Positions 46,435 through 48,493 of a DNA stretch of 48,493 bases are shown piece by piece. Origin of the DNA: an uncultured Chthoniobacterales bacterium (lineage in GTDB: Bacteria; Verrucomicrobiota; Verrucomicrobiia; Chthoniobacterales; CALDSX01). Below the pieces are notes generated by a model, which worked only from the letters and a program-made list of their open reading frames with translations, did not search any database and was not told the origin of the DNA. The stretch spans positions 1 to 48,493 of the forward strand of contig CAZZCL010000005.1 of the NCBI GenBank assembly GCA_964652295.1. The letters are read 5' to 3'. The number at the start of each line of letters is the position of its first letter. Within the stretch, counting starts at the first letter, position 1. A program made the translations under genes and the position numbers.

Positions 46435-48493
46435 ATGATCGCCAACATGAAAAATGATATTAAAAATATGACGATCTGCTTGCTCGCAACCCTTACAAAA
46501 ACGCTCCGTTCAACACTTCCAAGCATGTGTGCAGTGCTTGTTTTGACAGCGTCAACGGGTCATGTCATGGCGGAGACCGGCGCCGAACTGCGCAACGGAA
46601 AATTGCTTGTTGACGGCGAGCCATTTCTGAAGCGCTCCGCCTACTTCGGCTATAACACATGGACGGCCACGGAAGAGGGCAGCCTCGCTCCTTTCGTAAA
46701 GCAGCCCCTCAACCAAGTCGGTTCGGCCACAGACTTTTACACCCGGGCCGGATTCAACGTTGGACACTATGCCTTCCATCCGAAATTTCTGGAAGTATCC
46801 CCTTTCGATCCAACGCTGCTCGGGGCCGCTATCGAGCGGGCAAAAAAAGCGGGGCAGAAGATCACGCTGAACATCTGGGTCACCGTTCCCGAGTCCGTGG
46901 CCGAGTCCTTCGATATGCACTGGATCAACGACGAAGGAAAAAAGATCCCCTTCGGCAAGATCCTGGGCATGCATCATAACCCGGAAGTCCACGCCGCTGC
47001 GATGGTCGAGACATACAAAGATGTATTCGATTTCATCCGCAATGAACCCACCGTGATTGACGTTCAGATTGGCGGGGAGCGTTGGCCCTATGACTACGTT
47101 CGCGTCGAAGGGGATATTTCTTATGACGATTACAGTCTGGAAGAATTCCGAAAATATTTGAAGGAGCGCTTTTCGCTGGCAGAAGTGAGCCAACGCTACG
47201 GTGACAAGGCTGACTTCTACGCCGATTGGGGTCAGGTGTTTCCTCCGGTCTCCAAACGCCCGCTGGATTTCGGGAAGCGCGAATTGGCCAATTACAATGT
47301 CGCCCGCTGGGATTGGTATAACTTTCGGAAGGCGCAGACCGTGAAGGTATGGGTTGCTGTGGTCGAAGCTTTGCAAAAACTCGACGGAACCGGGCGCCCG
47401 ATGTATCACGAATATGGGCATGGCCCTTATTATTCCATGGGCTTCGGTCCGTTCCAGGAGGTTTGTGCAAAAACCAAGGGATTCAGCGTGGGCAACGGGG
47501 ATTTTCAAGTCGATCTCGCGGGCATGCTTTCCTACGCGATCCTTCAAAAGGGCTGCGGCGAGGGGCCGTGGATCAACAATGAACTGGATGCCGGATGCCA
47601 CGGACATCACGTCGATGCTGCCTATATGCGGCGTCACATCTGGGGCAACCTTGCTGCCGGAATCACTGGCTATAACATCTGGACCTTTATCAATCTTCAA
47701 GGCTTCCCCTACGAGTTTCAAAATGTGGACTACAGCCCGGGAAGGATCGAAAACCAACCTTTCAAATACTTTGAAACTCAGCACACCAACAAAATGCTTG
47801 AGTCACTCGGGAGCGTCATCGCCGGCTCCACCCCGCCAAAACCTGCGGTCGCTCTGCTGCTTCTCGATGATGCCATCTTTCATTACAACTTTGCGCTGTC
47901 CTATCATCAGGATGGAAACAATGTCACCCGGGCCATGGCGGCCAATGGATATGCCGATCAATATGTTCTTTATACCGAATATCAACTCGATCACACCGAC
48001 CTTGACGGCATCACCACAATTTTCATGCCGCGCACGCAGCGGATCACCGAGGCCCGCGCAGCCAAGCTTGCGGAGTTTGTGAAGCGAGGCGGAAGCCTTG
48101 TGCTGATGGGCCCCACAGGCCGGGTGGATGAATTGTTCAAGGCCTACGACGTTTACCCGTATGGAGTGCTCGGGGAGGTTGCAGGGGTCGAGGTTCGCAA
48201 TCTCCCTAACGAAGAACTTGCAGGGGCTCCTTTGGAAGTGAAGTGGGGCGAGGATATTCTACGCATGGATGTGGCGACTTCGCTGACGGTGCCGCCTTCA
48301 TCCAAGGCCCAGGTCCTCGCCAGCGCCGAGGGCAAGCCGATGGTCATCATGAATGAATACGGAAAGGGCCGATGCTACTTTCTCGCAGGCTATCCGTTCC
48401 TTCTCGACGATGAGGATGCCACGGGTCATCTCATGGCCAATATCGTCCGCAAGGCCGGCTCGGCACCGGCAGCATCCCTGCAGACAGACGGCA
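46435..48493 (+). CDS. Second GH42-like paralogue, secreted; runs off the window end
   Basis: Open frame from ATG 46435 (or 46447/46468) to the end. Collinear with the previous gene: AYFGYNTW, AGFNVG, QIGGERWPYD, SKRPLDFGKRELANYNVARWDW, KGCGEGPWINNELDAG. Absent from the ORF track because no stop is reached. Confidence 0.85.
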   Translation, partial: MIANMKNDIKNMTICLLATLTKTLRSTLPSMCAVLVLTASTGHVMAETGAELRNGKLLVDGEPFLKRSAYFGYNTWTATEEGSLAPFVKQPLNQVGSATDFYTRAGFNVGHYAFHPKFLEVSPFDPTLLGAAIERAKKAGQKITLNIWVTVPESVAESFDMHWINDEGKKIPFGKILGMHHNPEVHAAAMVETYKDVFDFIRNEPTVIDVQIGGERWPYDYVRVEGDISYDDYSLEEFRKYLKERFSLAEVSQRYGDKADFYADWGQVFPPVSKRPLDFGKRELANYNVARWDWYNFRKAQTVKVWVAVVEALQKLDGTGRPMYHEYGHGPYYSMGFGPFQEVCAKTKGFSVGNGDFQVDLAGMLSYAILQKGCGEGPWINNELDAGCHGHHVDAAYMRRHIWGNLAAGITGYNIWTFINLQGFPYEFQNVDYSPGRIENQPFKYFETQHTNKMLESLGSVIAGSTPPKPAVALLLLDDAIFHYNFALSYHQDGNNVTRAMAANGYADQYVLYTEYQLDHTDLDGITTIFMPRTQRITEARAAKLAEFVKRGGSLVLMGPTGRVDELFKAYDVYPYGVLGEVAGVEVRNLPNEELAGAPLEVKWGEDILRMDVATSLTVPPSSKAQVLASAEGKPMVIMNEYGKGRCYFLAGYPFLLDDEDATGHLMANIVRKAGSAPAASLQTDG

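Noticed and set aside
46381-46435. Stop-codon readthrough fusing the two GH42-like genes (same frame, one TGA between them)
   Set aside because: The second gene has its own Met and signal peptide, and an open in-frame spacer of 17 codons can easily occur by chance.

Overview
This window looks like Verrucomicrobiota DNA (Chthoniobacterales-like, inferred from a Verru_Chthon pilin-like cassette) and has two parts. (1) ~0.3-10.2 kb is the end of a tRNA-fMet-targeted genomic island. It has a 51-nt 3' tRNA duplication (att site), a phage-like DNA-binding gene, a sigma-70/ECF-like gene broken by one in-frame TAA, and a coupled five-gene operon (HTH-metallophosphoesterase, wHTH, two unknowns, AAA+ ATPase). 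It also has a ColE1 MbeA/MbeC-like mobilization pair with an unusual H-E-H relaxase motif and an AbiE toxin-antitoxin whose toxin was destroyed by nested ISAs1/IS1634 events. No integrase is in the window. (2) ~10.3-48.5 kb is a large rhamnose/xylose polysaccharide-utilization locus with no SusC/D or TonB receptor. It holds a frameshifted LacI, GH78, MFS, GH3, GH120, a GH106 remnant and a full GH106, rhaA, rhaT, GH10, sulfatase, SGNH esterase, GH31 and two tandem GH42-like paralogues. A five-gene Verru_Chthon type IV pilin-like cassette is embedded in it. The strongest sequence-level discovery is a bipartite motif, TGCGCA-N15-(T/C/A)RCGCA with an exact 21-bp period, found six times. It occurs in front of the sugar operons and in the intergenic region shared by the pilin cassette and rhaA, which suggests the pilin-like cassette is part of a glycan-utilization regulon. 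Family assignments come from motif recognition by eye, not database searches.
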